Positions 8,833-17,911 of a DNA stretch of 41,160 bases are shown in pieces; positions within the stretch are counted from its first letter, which is position 1; each line of letters begins with the position of its first letter. The notes under the pieces are model-generated. The model searched no databases. It was not told the DNA's origin and was given only the letters and a program-made list of their open reading frames with translations. Source of the DNA: a virus (lineage: Duplodnaviria > Caudoviricetes). The translations under genes were made by a program, and so were the position numbers. The stretch lies in IMG/VR virus record IMGVR_UViG_3300028588_000042, positions 1 to 41,160 of that record. The stretch is one strand, 5' to 3'.

Positions 8833-9458
8833 TGCCGATCGTCCTCCCCCGCTGGCCTGGTCCCAGCACGGCCGAGGTAACTTACCTCGACTATGGGACC
8901 AACCTCGACGGCGGTCCCCAAGGCGGCGGCCCTCGCATCCATCGCCTGGGGAACCGCTTCTCGATCAACGTCAAGATGCCGGCTCTCCGGCTCGAGCCCA
9001 TGCTCCGGTGGGGCGTTGGTGCGCGCGTGTTCCTCTCGCGCCTTCGCGCCGGGATATCCGAGGGCGTCATTTACCCGTTCCCGCAGCCGGGCCTCGAGAT
9101 CGGCGCGCCCGGCGTCCCGCTCGTCTCGGCGGCCGTAGCGGCGAATGTCGCGTCCCTATCGTTGCAGGGGATGCGGCCGGGCTACGTGTGGCGGGAGGGG
9201 CAATTCTTCAACGTCTACCGGGCGGACGGCCGGGCGATGCTCGCAAGCACAACGGGGGAGGCACAGGTCGCCGCAGACGGGACTGTCGCGCTGCCGATCC
9301 TCCCCCGGTTGCGGACGGCCCTCGCGGCGGGCAGTCGAATTAACATGGAACCTGTTATCGAGGGGCGGCTCCTCATCAAAGACGGGTTTACCTGGTCGTT
9401 CGATCCTTCCCGTTTCGTCGGGCTGTCGTTCACGATCGAGGAATACGGGAGCAACTGA
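8832..9458 (+). CDS. Distal tail (Dit)-like protein
   Basis: TAATG overlap with tape measure; RIHRLGNRFSINV...ILPRLR...LSFTIEE; synteny. Confidence 0.75.
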   Translation: MPIVLPRWPGPSTAEVTYLDYGTNLDGGPQGGGPRIHRLGNRFSINVKMPALRLEPMLRWGVGARVFLSRLRAGISEGVIYPFPQPGLEIGAPGVPLVSAAVAANVASLSLQGMRPGYVWREGQFFNVYRADGRAMLASTTGEAQVAADGTVALPILPRLRTALAAGSRINMEPVIEGRLLIKDGFTWSFDPSRFVGLSFTIEEYGSN

Positions 9459-9459
9459 G

Positions 9460-10137
9460 ATGGTCGGCCTAACCCCACAAATGCGCGCGGCGCTCGAGAC
9501 GACCGATCCAATTTGCGTCGCTCTCCTCGAGGTACGCCTCCCCAACTACAACTTGCGCGTGATCGACGGCGCGTCCGAGGTCGTATGGCCGAACCTGGAT
9601 GGCGCGGCGGCGACGTTCGTCGGCCGTGATCCTACCTATGGGGTGTGGAGCGCCTCGGACGCGTTCGGCGACGGGATCGGGGACCAAGTCCCGGCGATGG
9701 GCTTCACGCTGCTTCCTACGGACGTCGCCAACGCGGCGAGCCTCACGGACCCCAAGGTCCAGACGTCCCGGACGCGGGTATGGTTCGCCGTGATCGACAA
9801 GACGACGGGTGGCCTAGTCCCCGATCCTTACCAACTGTTCGAGGGCGAGCTAGATCAGCCGACGTTGACGGTCGGCAAGGGGACGCTCGAGCTTGAATAT
9901 ACCGTCGCCTCGGCGTTCGAGCGGTTGTTCCTCAACAGCGAAGGCAACCGGCTGTCCGATGCATTCCACCAGCTCCGCTGGCCTGGCGAGCTTGGGCTTC
10001 AATATATGACGGGGCTCGTTCGGCAGATCATTTGGGGACCGGGCGATCGGCCGAGCGGGATCACGTCGGCCAATGGCGGCGGCGGCTATTCGTCATCGGT
10101 GGCGATCGGCGGCAACCGCGCGACGGTGGCGGCATGA
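9460..10137 (+). CDS. Tail tip/baseplate hub protein (gpL/DUF2163-like)
   Basis: LFEGELDQ...RLSDAFHQLRWPGELGLQYMT...IIWG; synteny. Confidence 0.75.
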   Translation: MVGLTPQMRAALETTDPICVALLEVRLPNYNLRVIDGASEVVWPNLDGAAATFVGRDPTYGVWSASDAFGDGIGDQVPAMGFTLLPTDVANAASLTDPKVQTSRTRVWFAVIDKTTGGLVPDPYQLFEGELDQPTLTVGKGTLELEYTVASAFERLFLNSEGNRLSDAFHQLRWPGELGLQYMTGLVRQIIWGPGDRPSGITSANGGGGYSSSVAIGGNRATVAA

Positions 10138-10610
10138 ACCGCGCTCTCCCTCCCTCTCCCCCCAAGGGGCGCAAGCGGACCGAGATCGAGCGCCGCGTCG
10201 ATGCGACCAACGCGACTAAATCCCAATTCGAGGGCAAGGCGTTTTCGCTCCGGCGGCAGCGCGATTGCGGCCGCATGATCGCCTACCACATGCGCCAGCT
10301 CGGCCGCCCGCTCCCCATCTCGGCGGCGGGCTCCTGGACGAACGCGGAGGAGGCTCGCAAGGCGCTCGCGCGCTTGGGCGTCGCCAACATTCCCGAGCTG
10401 CTCGACAAAAACCTCGAGCGCATTCCGTTCGCGACGATCAAGGTCGGCGACGTGATCCAGCTCGAGGCGGAGCCTGGCGTCCTCGCCGACGTCGGCGCGC
10501 TCGCAATATGGATCGGCAACGGAACGGCGTTCGCCTATCACGAGGACGCGACGGGGCCGGTTGCCATTCTCCTGGTCGATCCGCCGCTCGCCGCGTGGGG
10601 GGTTCTGTGA
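10134..10610 (+). CDS. NlpC/P60-like tail tip assembly protein (DUF6950/gpK-like)
   Basis: FSL...RDCGRM, VGDVI, GALAIWIGNG; the usual catalytic His is not evident. Confidence 0.75.
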   Translation: MNRALPPSPPKGRKRTEIERRVDATNATKSQFEGKAFSLRRQRDCGRMIAYHMRQLGRPLPISAAGSWTNAEEARKALARLGVANIPELLDKNLERIPFATIKVGDVIQLEAEPGVLADVGALAIWIGNGTAFAYHEDATGPVAILLVDPPLAAWGVL

Positions 10611-13342
10611 AAGTAATCGCGAAGGCTGCTCTAATCGTCGGCGCGGTGGCGGCTATCGCGACCGGTGTCGGCGCGATCGTCGGCGGGACCGCGTTCCTTG
10701 CCGCGACGGGCGTAAGCCTGGCGACCGTGTCGGCGATCGGGACCGTCGCCGGCCTGGTCGGGTCCGTTGCCGCGTCGCTCTCCAAACCGAAAGGAACGAC
10801 GGCCGGATCGTTAACCGACTTCAAGCTCGACCCGGCGGCGACGATCCCGATCATGTTTGGGCGAACGTATAACGGCGGGAACGTCGTCGCGCGGGATAGC
10901 TGGGGGACGGATAGCCGATACCAGGGCTTTGCGGTCGTCTACTCCGGCTGCGGCCCGATCGCCTCTATCGAGGGCTTTTACGTCGATCGAACGCTCGTCA
11001 CGTTCAACGCGGACGGCTCTGCGATCGGTTCGGCGTTCGGCGCGAGCGGGGGGAAGGGGCCATGGATGTGGTTCAAATCTCAGCTCGGCCGAACCCCGGA
11101 GCCGGCGGCGCTACAGTTCGGGGTGGCGGGTTTCCCCGGCTGGACGGCGGCGCACAAACTCTCCGGATATGCGGCGGGGACGCTGGTCCTCCAGTTCGAC
11201 AAGAACGGGAAAAAGTACCAGGGCGGCGTTCCGAAAACCGGGATCGTCGGCCTCGGCGTTCGCGCCTGGGACCCGCGTCTCGATAGCACCTATCCGGGGG
11301 GTAACGGGACGTGCCGGCTCGCCGATCCGACGACCTGGCCCTCGACCCGCAATCCCTGGATATTGGCGCTGCAATTCGCGCTCGGCTGGTCGGAGAACGG
11401 CTATCTCGTGGGCGGGATCGGCGCGCTCGCGAGGACGATCATCATCTCCGATTACGTCGCGGCCGCCAATATCGCGGACGCGAACGGCTGGAAGGTAAGC
11501 GGCGTCCGCGCAACCGGCGATCCCAAGTGGGACACGTTGAAGCTGTTGGCGGAGGCCGGCGGCGGCGAACCGCTATGGCTCGGCGCTTGCCTGTCATGCC
11601 TGATCTCGTCCCCCAAGGTATCGGTGGGGACGATCACGTCGGCCGACTTGCGCGGTCCCATTACGATTGTGGGAACGCAGTCCCGGCGGGGCGGGCGGAT
11701 CAACACGGGCATTCCGAATTTCCGCTCGGAACCGCACGGGTGGGAGATGATCTCGGCATCGGCGATCCCGGTCGCGACCTATGTCGCCGAGGACGGCGGG
11801 ACCAGGACGAAGGAAATCCCGTTCCAAATGGTCGCCGATCTCGGCCAGGCGGCGCAGCTCACGGCTTATTCAATCGTCAACGGCCGTGAGTTCGGTCCGA
11901 TCGAGATCAAGCTCGACCCGCGTTGGATCGGGTTGCAGCCAGGGATGGCGGTCAATCTACAGATCCCGGAGGCGGGGCTCAACGGGCAACAGGCGATCGT
12001 GATCGCCCGCTCGATCGACCCCGGCTCCGCGATGGTGTCGATTACGCTGAAATCCGAGACTCCGGCAAAGCATGCCTTTGCGCTGGGCTCGACGGCCGTC
12101 GCTCCGCCGACGCCATCGCTGGTCGCGCCCGACTATGAAACGGCGGCGGTAAACTATGAGCTTGCCGGGCAGTCGGCCGCCTATATCCGCAACTCCGCGC
12201 CCCGCGACGTCGCCCTCTCGGCGGCCGTCGTGCAGGCAAACCAAGTCAAGAGTGCGACCCTCACAACCGCGCCGTGGGCATCGATCTCGGGGCTGATCGT
12301 AAAGGACGAGGGCAACGTCGGCCCGAACGCGGAGCGGACGACGTCGCTGCAGGCGGCGCAGACGTCGTTCTCGCTGATCTATGCCCCGCTCACCGGGACC
12401 AAGCGCCTTTACGCGACCGTCAAGGCAGTGTCGGGCGATTGGATTACGCTATTCGGCGACAAGGGCGGAGCGGGGCAACATACTTGGTTCAACCTAAAGA
12501 CGGGCGTCGTCGGCACGAACAACAACACAAGCGCGAGCATCGAGGCGCTCGGCAACGGCTGGTATCTGTGTAGCATCCTCAACACGTTTAACGGCGGCAA
12601 CGTCGGGTTTACCGTGGCGTCTGGCGATGCGACAAACAATTCGGTCGTGGGGCAAAAGGCGCTGTTTACCAACGTCTATTGGTCGGACCCGGCTACGGCC
12701 GTCGCGGTTACGATCGGCGATCATACTCGCGACTATCCGGATCGCTCGATCGCTGTAACCGGGGCCACGCTGCAGGGCCTGCCGTTCTCGTCTAACGTCC
12801 TGATCTACTACGACGACCAATCGCGCTCCGCGACGGCTCCGGCCTATCAATGGACGCTCGATTATGAGGTCGCGGTAAACTCGGCCTCCAATCCTTATCG
12901 GCATTACGTCGGGCTCACCCCGACCCCGGCGGCGTCCGGCGCTCCCGTCCAGGGCGACCCGCCCCCCTATCCCGGCGGCGGCGGGTACTGTGTGGACGAG
13001 GACGCTATGGTCCTCCTCTATGACGGCTCGGAGAAGCGGGCGGGGGACCTGGTCGTCGGCGACCTGGTCAAGACGCGCCACGAGCTGACGTTCGAGGTCG
13101 GCAACTGGCCGGTGCAGGCGGTCGATCGGGCTTGGTGCGAGGAGGCTTGGCAATGGCGGACGGTGCGCGGTTCCCCTGCTCACCTGGTCCATGCGCTAGA
13201 CGATTGGCATCGCCTGGACGAGGTCGGCGAGCCGGCGGGGTCGTGCTACGTCGCAAAGATTACTGTCGCCGGGGCGCATACGCTAATCACCAACGGCGAG
13301 CTGTCGCACAATATCAAGATGAACCAACAGCAGCAGCTCTAG
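10607..13342 (+). CDS. Tail tip/central fibre (host specificity) protein with C-terminal Hint domain
   Basis: GTGA overlap; IPIMFGRT, HKLSGYA, WDPRLDSTYPGG, RNPW; C-terminal C...SPAH...SHN Hint signature. Confidence 0.9.
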   Translation: MKVIAKAALIVGAVAAIATGVGAIVGGTAFLAATGVSLATVSAIGTVAGLVGSVAASLSKPKGTTAGSLTDFKLDPAATIPIMFGRTYNGGNVVARDSWGTDSRYQGFAVVYSGCGPIASIEGFYVDRTLVTFNADGSAIGSAFGASGGKGPWMWFKSQLGRTPEPAALQFGVAGFPGWTAAHKLSGYAAGTLVLQFDKNGKKYQGGVPKTGIVGLGVRAWDPRLDSTYPGGNGTCRLADPTTWPSTRNPWILALQFALGWSENGYLVGGIGALARTIIISDYVAAANIADANGWKVSGVRATGDPKWDTLKLLAEAGGGEPLWLGACLSCLISSPKVSVGTITSADLRGPITIVGTQSRRGGRINTGIPNFRSEPHGWEMISASAIPVATYVAEDGGTRTKEIPFQMVADLGQAAQLTAYSIVNGREFGPIEIKLDPRWIGLQPGMAVNLQIPEAGLNGQQAIVIARSIDPGSAMVSITLKSETPAKHAFALGSTAVAPPTPSLVAPDYETAAVNYELAGQSAAYIRNSAPRDVALSAAVVQANQVKSATLTTAPWASISGLIVKDEGNVGPNAERTTSLQAAQTSFSLIYAPLTGTKRLYATVKAVSGDWITLFGDKGGAGQHTWFNLKTGVVGTNNNTSASIEALGNGWYLCSILNTFNGGNVGFTVASGDATNNSVVGQKALFTNVYWSDPATAVAVTIGDHTRDYPDRSIAVTGATLQGLPFSSNVLIYYDDQSRSATAPAYQWTLDYEVAVNSASNPYRHYVGLTPTPAASGAPVQGDPPPYPGGGGYCVDEDAMVLLYDGSEKRAGDLVVGDLVKTRHELTFEVGNWPVQAVDRAWCEEAWQWRTVRGSPAHLVHALDDWHRLDEVGEPAGSCYVAKITVAGAHTLITNGELSHNIKMNQQQQL
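12989..13312 (+). other. Hint (intein-like/BIL) domain, 108 aa, Cys1 to His-Asn
   Basis: GGGGY/CVDEDAMVLLYDGSEKRAGDLVVGDLV (block A), GSPAH (block B), VAKITVAGAHTLITNG (block F), LSHN (block G), followed by Ile. Confidence 0.88.
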
Positions 13343-13375
13343 GCAAACGAGGTCGTACAATGAAAGGGAAGCCCA

Positions 13376-13747
13376 ATGCGTGAACCGGCAAACTACGAAA
13401 TCCGCGCGTCGCGGCATCAACCGCTATTGCTCCAGGTCGGCTTTCCCGGCGTCGATTTCACCGGGCAGGATTTCTCGTTCCAGGTGCGCGAGAACAAGGA
13501 AAGCGCCGCGACGTTGATCGATCTCCCCAAGGGGGCCGGCGCTAATGCCGTGGTGGTTGCCGTCGCCCAGGTGGACGGCAACGCCTATACGACGATCACG
13601 ATCCAGGCGAGCAAAGCGACAATGGAGGCGATCCCCGCGCCCGCGCCGATCGGGTCGGATGGCAATTTCTATTACGGCCTCAAGATGAGCGGGTTCGATA
13701 TCATGACCGGCGGGTTCATTCTTCTCGCCGCTGCAAATCACGCGTAA
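13376..13747 (+). CDS. Tail fibre adaptor/baseplate upper-like protein
   Basis: VDFTGQDFSFQVR...ITIQASKATMEAIP...YYGL..MTGGF, a beta-rich BppU-N-like pattern; lies between tip and spike. Confidence 0.6.
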   Translation: MREPANYEIRASRHQPLLLQVGFPGVDFTGQDFSFQVRENKESAATLIDLPKGAGANAVVVAVAQVDGNAYTTITIQASKATMEAIPAPAPIGSDGNFYYGLKMSGFDIMTGGFILLAAANHA

Positions 13748-13764
13748 CGCGAGGGGGATTTAGA

Positions 13765-15537
13765 ATGGTCGATGTTGTTCTCTACGTCCAAGACAAGCGG
13801 GTCGATCTCAAGACGGACCCGCAGCTCCTGGTCGCGCCGATCCTGGCGCTCGTCACGCGGGCCGAGGCGGCGGCGGCAACCGTCAACGGGATCAGGCAGG
13901 ATGCCGGGGCGGCGCGCCGGGCGCTTGAAGCGATCCTCGCCGTTCCCATTGCGATGCCGATCGACGGCAATCCGAATAACCTCTCGTCCGATGCGGTTGC
14001 GCCGGCCGATCAAGGAACGATCAAGCTGCTGATCGCGCAAACCAATACGGGCGCGACGAATATCAGTATCGGCGGCGTGTTCTATCGGATCGCTCGGCCC
14101 GGCACGGGCGCAGCTATGGCGGCCGGCGATCTCCCGGCCGGGCGGGTCGTGACGCTGCAACGGTCAAATGCGGGCGCGGGCTGGTTCCTGACTGCCGGAA
14201 CCGATCTCCGCCTCCCCAGCGCGGCCGACCTGGCGGCTGTAGGAGCGTCCGCTACCGGGGCGCAGGCCAGCGCGGTCGCTGTTCGCGCGGCGCTCGAGGC
14301 CCTGGTCGGCGTACCGGTGGCAGTCGTATCGGCGGACAATCCGAACACGATCACGGTAAGCGGCGCGGCCGTCGCAAATGGCGGCTCGTTCGAGGCGCTG
14401 ATCGTCGCGGCCAACACGGGCAAGGTGACGATAAGCAAGGGCGGCGTAACGATGCGCCTCGTCGTCAACCCCGGCACGGGAGCGGAGGCGGCCGGCGGCG
14501 AGCTGGTCCCCGGAACGATCCGATCGTTTACCCGGTCGGACGGTGGCGCGGCCTATATCCTCGGCGCGTCCCGGCTTCCGACGTTCAACGCGACGCCGCC
14601 GACGCCTAGCCCGGTCGGGACCTATGATAGCGAAATATTCTATCGGCCGTGGGGAGACGTGCAGCCCGGCGGCGTCATGAACCCGATCGGGCGGGATTGG
14701 GTATTTATTGGGAGCTCCAACGCGGCGGACGGCTACGTCGCCAACGGCTACCGGCCGGACCAGGTCGTAAAGGCCGAGGCGGAGGAGCTGCTCCCCGGAA
14801 CCGGGATCACCATCAATACCGACTTGCGAGCAACCCAGGGCGCGCCCTGGTCGGACGCCGGCCGGCAGCTCGGCCTTTCCGCGCCGTTCATGGCCGGGAC
14901 CGCTAAGTTCGTGCTTTGCTTTTTCTGGATGAACGATATCCGGACGATCAACTATCACGATTACAATGGCGTGAAGGCGATGCTCGACGCCATGTCCGGA
15001 ACGGTCGACTATATCCGGAGCAAGGGCGCGGAGCCGGTCGTCTCGTTCGGCTTCACGCCGGACCCGCGCGCGAACCCCGAGGTCGCCACGCAAAAGGCGC
15101 TCGATCCGTTCTACTTCAGCGACAATCCCGGCCGAGGGTCGTCGTTCTCGCCGGTCAAAGCTGCGCCGGTTGATCCCGTAGCCGACATGCGCCCGGCGGC
15201 GACGGCGGCCGACTTCATGACGTTTCGAGATTGGACCGGCGGTGGCGTGAAGCGGACCGGGTTTAAACGTCTGTGGCACTTCAACCGGGACGCGCGGATC
15301 GTCGCGACGCAAAAGGGCGTGATCGGCCTCGACCTGGAATGGTCAGGCTACCGGCTGGCGCTCGAGAAGGTCCCCGACCTTGGCCCCGATCTCAATCAAT
15401 GGTTCGATCCGACGAACGTCCTCCACCCCCTCCCGGCCTGGTACGATCAGACGGTAAGCCCGGTCCTCCGATCGTTTGTCCGGGGGCAGGCGTCGGGCCG
15501 GACGGACATTCGCGTCTACCGTGGAGACGAGTGGTAG
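13765..15537 (+). CDS. Tailspike/fibre with two tandem fibre domains and a C-terminal SGNH esterase domain
   Basis: Repeated NTG.....G......PGTGA..A.G.L..G unit; SGNH blocks FIGSSN, ATQG, FWMND, NVLHP. Confidence 0.8.
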   Translation: MVDVVLYVQDKRVDLKTDPQLLVAPILALVTRAEAAAATVNGIRQDAGAARRALEAILAVPIAMPIDGNPNNLSSDAVAPADQGTIKLLIAQTNTGATNISIGGVFYRIARPGTGAAMAAGDLPAGRVVTLQRSNAGAGWFLTAGTDLRLPSAADLAAVGASATGAQASAVAVRAALEALVGVPVAVVSADNPNTITVSGAAVANGGSFEALIVAANTGKVTISKGGVTMRLVVNPGTGAEAAGGELVPGTIRSFTRSDGGAAYILGASRLPTFNATPPTPSPVGTYDSEIFYRPWGDVQPGGVMNPIGRDWVFIGSSNAADGYVANGYRPDQVVKAEAEELLPGTGITINTDLRATQGAPWSDAGRQLGLSAPFMAGTAKFVLCFFWMNDIRTINYHDYNGVKAMLDAMSGTVDYIRSKGAEPVVSFGFTPDPRANPEVATQKALDPFYFSDNPGRGSSFSPVKAAPVDPVADMRPAATAADFMTFRDWTGGGVKRTGFKRLWHFNRDARIVATQKGVIGLDLEWSGYRLALEKVPDLGPDLNQWFDPTNVLHPLPAWYDQTVSPVLRSFVRGQASGRTDIRVYRGDEW

Positions 15538-15601
15538 GGCATGGCGTCGGGGGCCGGGGTGCGATATACCCGGTCCCCGAAAGCCCAGGGGACCATAGGA
15601 C

Positions 15602-15922
15602 ATGATGACCGACCCGCTACTTTACTTGTTCGGCGCGGTCGGTGCGCTGATCTACGGATTTCCGATGTTCCTCGCCGCCATCTCGACCGTACCGCCGACC
15701 CGCTTCGCGCTCGCCTCACTGGCATTTGCTGTGTTCCTCGGCTCGGTAGCCGCTCCCGTCCTGGCGCAAATACTCGGCAACCGGTGGTCTTTCCTGGTCG
15801 ATCCGCAGCCCTATCCCCTCGCCGTAGGGATCGGACTTGTCGCGAACCCGTTAGTCCCGATATTCGTCCGCAAAGTCACGGGATGGGCGGAAGGCTACAA
15901 CCTCGGAGGAAAGAAGCCATGA
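15602..15922 (+). CDS. Putative holin (3 hydrophobic segments)
   Basis: 106 aa, mostly hydrophobic, basic C-terminus, upstream of the endolysin. Confidence 0.7.
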   Translation: MMTDPLLYLFGAVGALIYGFPMFLAAISTVPPTRFALASLAFAVFLGSVAAPVLAQILGNRWSFLVDPQPYPLAVGIGLVANPLVPIFVRKVTGWAEGYNLGGKKP

Positions 15923-16293
15923 ACCCCCTAACCAACTCGTTCTATGCCGGCTTGTTCTACACGCTCGCCGGTTGCTTCGGATTGATCCGGCATTTCCTGC
16001 TAGAACCTCGGATGCCGAATTATCCTCGTGCGCCGCAATGGCTCCTGCATGTGTTTTTCGGCTTCGCGGCGATCCTGATCTTTGCCGGGCTCCGGTTTCT
16101 CTGCGCCTGGGCGACCGGCGAGGGCCGATCCGTCCCGCCGGGGGCGACGGGGATGGGTGTCCTCCTGGCGGCCGCGCTGTTCGTCTATAAAGGGTCGATG
16201 CTCGGCAACGTGCTTCACCAGCGTTACCCGGCCCAGGTGTGGACCCGCCTCAACCGGATTAACACGATGGTCCGTTGCAGTCGGAAGGCTTGA
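15919..16293 (+). CDS. Second lysis-cassette membrane protein (holin/antiholin candidate)
   Basis: ATGA overlap and GGAGG RBS; 124 aa with three hydrophobic segments. Confidence 0.65.
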   Translation: MNPLTNSFYAGLFYTLAGCFGLIRHFLLEPRMPNYPRAPQWLLHVFFGFAAILIFAGLRFLCAWATGEGRSVPPGATGMGVLLAAALFVYKGSMLGNVLHQRYPAQVWTRLNRINTMVRCSRKA

Positions 16294-16295
16294 AC

Positions 16296-16856
16296 ATGAC
16301 AAAAACGATCGACGCCATGATCGATGATCTCCTCGCTCGCGAAGGCGGTTACGTGAACAACCCCGCTGATCGCGGCGGCCCGACGAAAGACGGGATCACC
16401 CAGGCGACGGCGCGCAAGCATGGCTATACCGGCGACATGCGCGACCTACCGACAGCGACGGCGCGCTCGATCTACTGGCAGGACTATGTGGTCGGGCCGG
16501 GGATCGATCTCCTCGCGAAGCGGTCGCCGCGCCTGGCGGCCGAGGCCCTGGATACCGGCGTCAACATGGGCATCCCCTGGGGGGTGGTGTTTCTGCAAAC
16601 GGCGCTCAACGCGTTTAACCAGGGCGGCAAGGATTGGCCCGACCTGGCGAAGGTGGACGGAGCTTACGGCGGCAAGTCCGACGCGGCGCTCGCGGCCTGC
16701 CAACGGGTGCGCGGGGGGCAGCAGTGGGAGGACGTTCTCCTCGCCGCGATGAACGCTCAACAGGGCGGGCGATACCTGACGATCATCACCGGCAACCCGT
16801 CGCAAGAGGCGTTCGGCTGGGGCTGGTTCCGGAACCGCGTCCTCGCTCCGGCCTGA
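16296..16856 (+). CDS. Endolysin, glycoside hydrolase family 108 with PG-binding domain
   Basis: REGGYVNNPADRGGPTKDGIT catalytic motif; DTGVNMG; FLQTALN; VDG.YG; QEAFGWGWFRNR. Confidence 0.95.
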   Translation: MTKTIDAMIDDLLAREGGYVNNPADRGGPTKDGITQATARKHGYTGDMRDLPTATARSIYWQDYVVGPGIDLLAKRSPRLAAEALDTGVNMGIPWGVVFLQTALNAFNQGGKDWPDLAKVDGAYGGKSDAALAACQRVRGGQQWEDVLLAAMNAQQGGRYLTIITGNPSQEAFGWGWFRNRVLAPA

Positions 16857-16859
16857 TCG

Positions 16860-17465
16860 ATGGGCGCGCCGCTCCTCCGCCTCCCGTTCAACGTCCGGCA
16901 GCGTCTCGGCCTAGACGTTGATTATCCGGGGCAGATCGCGGCGCTACAGGCGGCCAACGCGGCGCTAACCGACCAGCTCTCCACGCTCGCCGCGTCCGTC
17001 CCTACTTTCGTGCAGGGGCTATTCACGATCGCCACGCTCCCGGCGGCGGCGGATAACGTCGGCAAGTATGCGACCGTTACCGACCTATGGGGGGACGGGA
17101 CCCGAGACGTCCTCCTCGCGTCCAGCTCGATGATCGCGGGCGTCCGAACCGCCTATTGGAAGCCGCTCCGGCCGGCCTCGGCACAATCGCAATCCGTCGC
17201 GGCGGCCGACGTCAACCTCGCGCCCCTCGTCAACGGCCAGGTGCAGTTCCTAACCGGGGCAATCGCGGCCGGGATCAATCGTAAGGTGAACCTCTCGACA
17301 GATCGCGCCTGGCCTGGTGCGATGTTCGAGGTCGCGTTTGACGGGACGTTCGGCCTTGCCTCGGCCCTCAACATCGCTGGGACCGGCCTCGGCGGTCTGA
17401 TCGGCATGCTCGCCGGCAACCGGCGGCGGTTCGTGTTCGATCAAGGGGCGTGGAAGCAGTTCTAG
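16860..17465 (+). CDS. Fibre-like hypothetical protein (short coiled coil plus beta-rich head)
   Basis: IAALQAANAALTDQL coil, FTIATLPAA motif, C-terminal RFVFDQGAWKQF. Confidence 0.55.
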   Translation: MGAPLLRLPFNVRQRLGLDVDYPGQIAALQAANAALTDQLSTLAASVPTFVQGLFTIATLPAAADNVGKYATVTDLWGDGTRDVLLASSSMIAGVRTAYWKPLRPASAQSQSVAAADVNLAPLVNGQVQFLTGAIAAGINRKVNLSTDRAWPGAMFEVAFDGTFGLASALNIAGTGLGGLIGMLAGNRRRFVFDQGAWKQF

Positions 17466-17518
17466 CTTTCGCGTATGCTCCTCCCCGCGCCGATCCTGGC
17501 GCATCCCAGGGAGGGATT

Positions 17519-17911
17519 ATGTTCCGTTCTATCCTTGTCGCGGCGGCGCTCTGCCTGTCCGCCTGCGCTGTCACCCCGGCGGCCGCGCCCTCGACCCCGT
17601 CCGATACCGCCCCCGTCGTCACTGCCCCCGCCTCCTCGGTGGTGGACAAGGCGGCCGATGCCGTCGCGCGGGCGGACGCTGCCGTCGAGCGCGCATGGAC
17701 TGCTTACCTCACGATCCGCGACGTCGCCGACCTGGTCGTCCCGTTTCTGTCGTCCGACCGGGCGGCGAGGGTGAAGGCGATCGAGGCCACGATCGAGACG
17801 GCGTTCGCGCGGGCTCGAGCTGCTACCGACCTGGCGGTCCAGGCCGCCGAGCTGGCGAAGGCGGCGCAAGCGGCCGCGCAGCTCGAGACGTTCACGGCCG
17901 ACCCGGATTAA
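17519..17911 (+). CDS. Lipoprotein (spanin or exclusion candidate)
   Basis: GGAGG RBS; signal peptide with lipobox LSA/C; Pro/Thr linker; Ala-rich helices. Confidence 0.75.
   Translation: MFRSILVAAALCLSACAVTPAAAPSTPSDTAPVVTAPASSVVDKAADAVARADAAVERAWTAYLTIRDVADLVVPFLSSDRAARVKAIEATIETAFARARAATDLAVQAAELAKAAQAAAQLETFTADPD

Noticed and set aside
12989-13312. Canonical splicing intein or homing element
   Set aside because: There is no endonuclease, the +1 residue is Ile and the C-extein is only 9 aa; treated as a BIL-like Hint domain instead.
15602-15607. Lambda S-type dual-start holin/antiholin motif
   Set aside because: Met-Met with no intervening basic residue.
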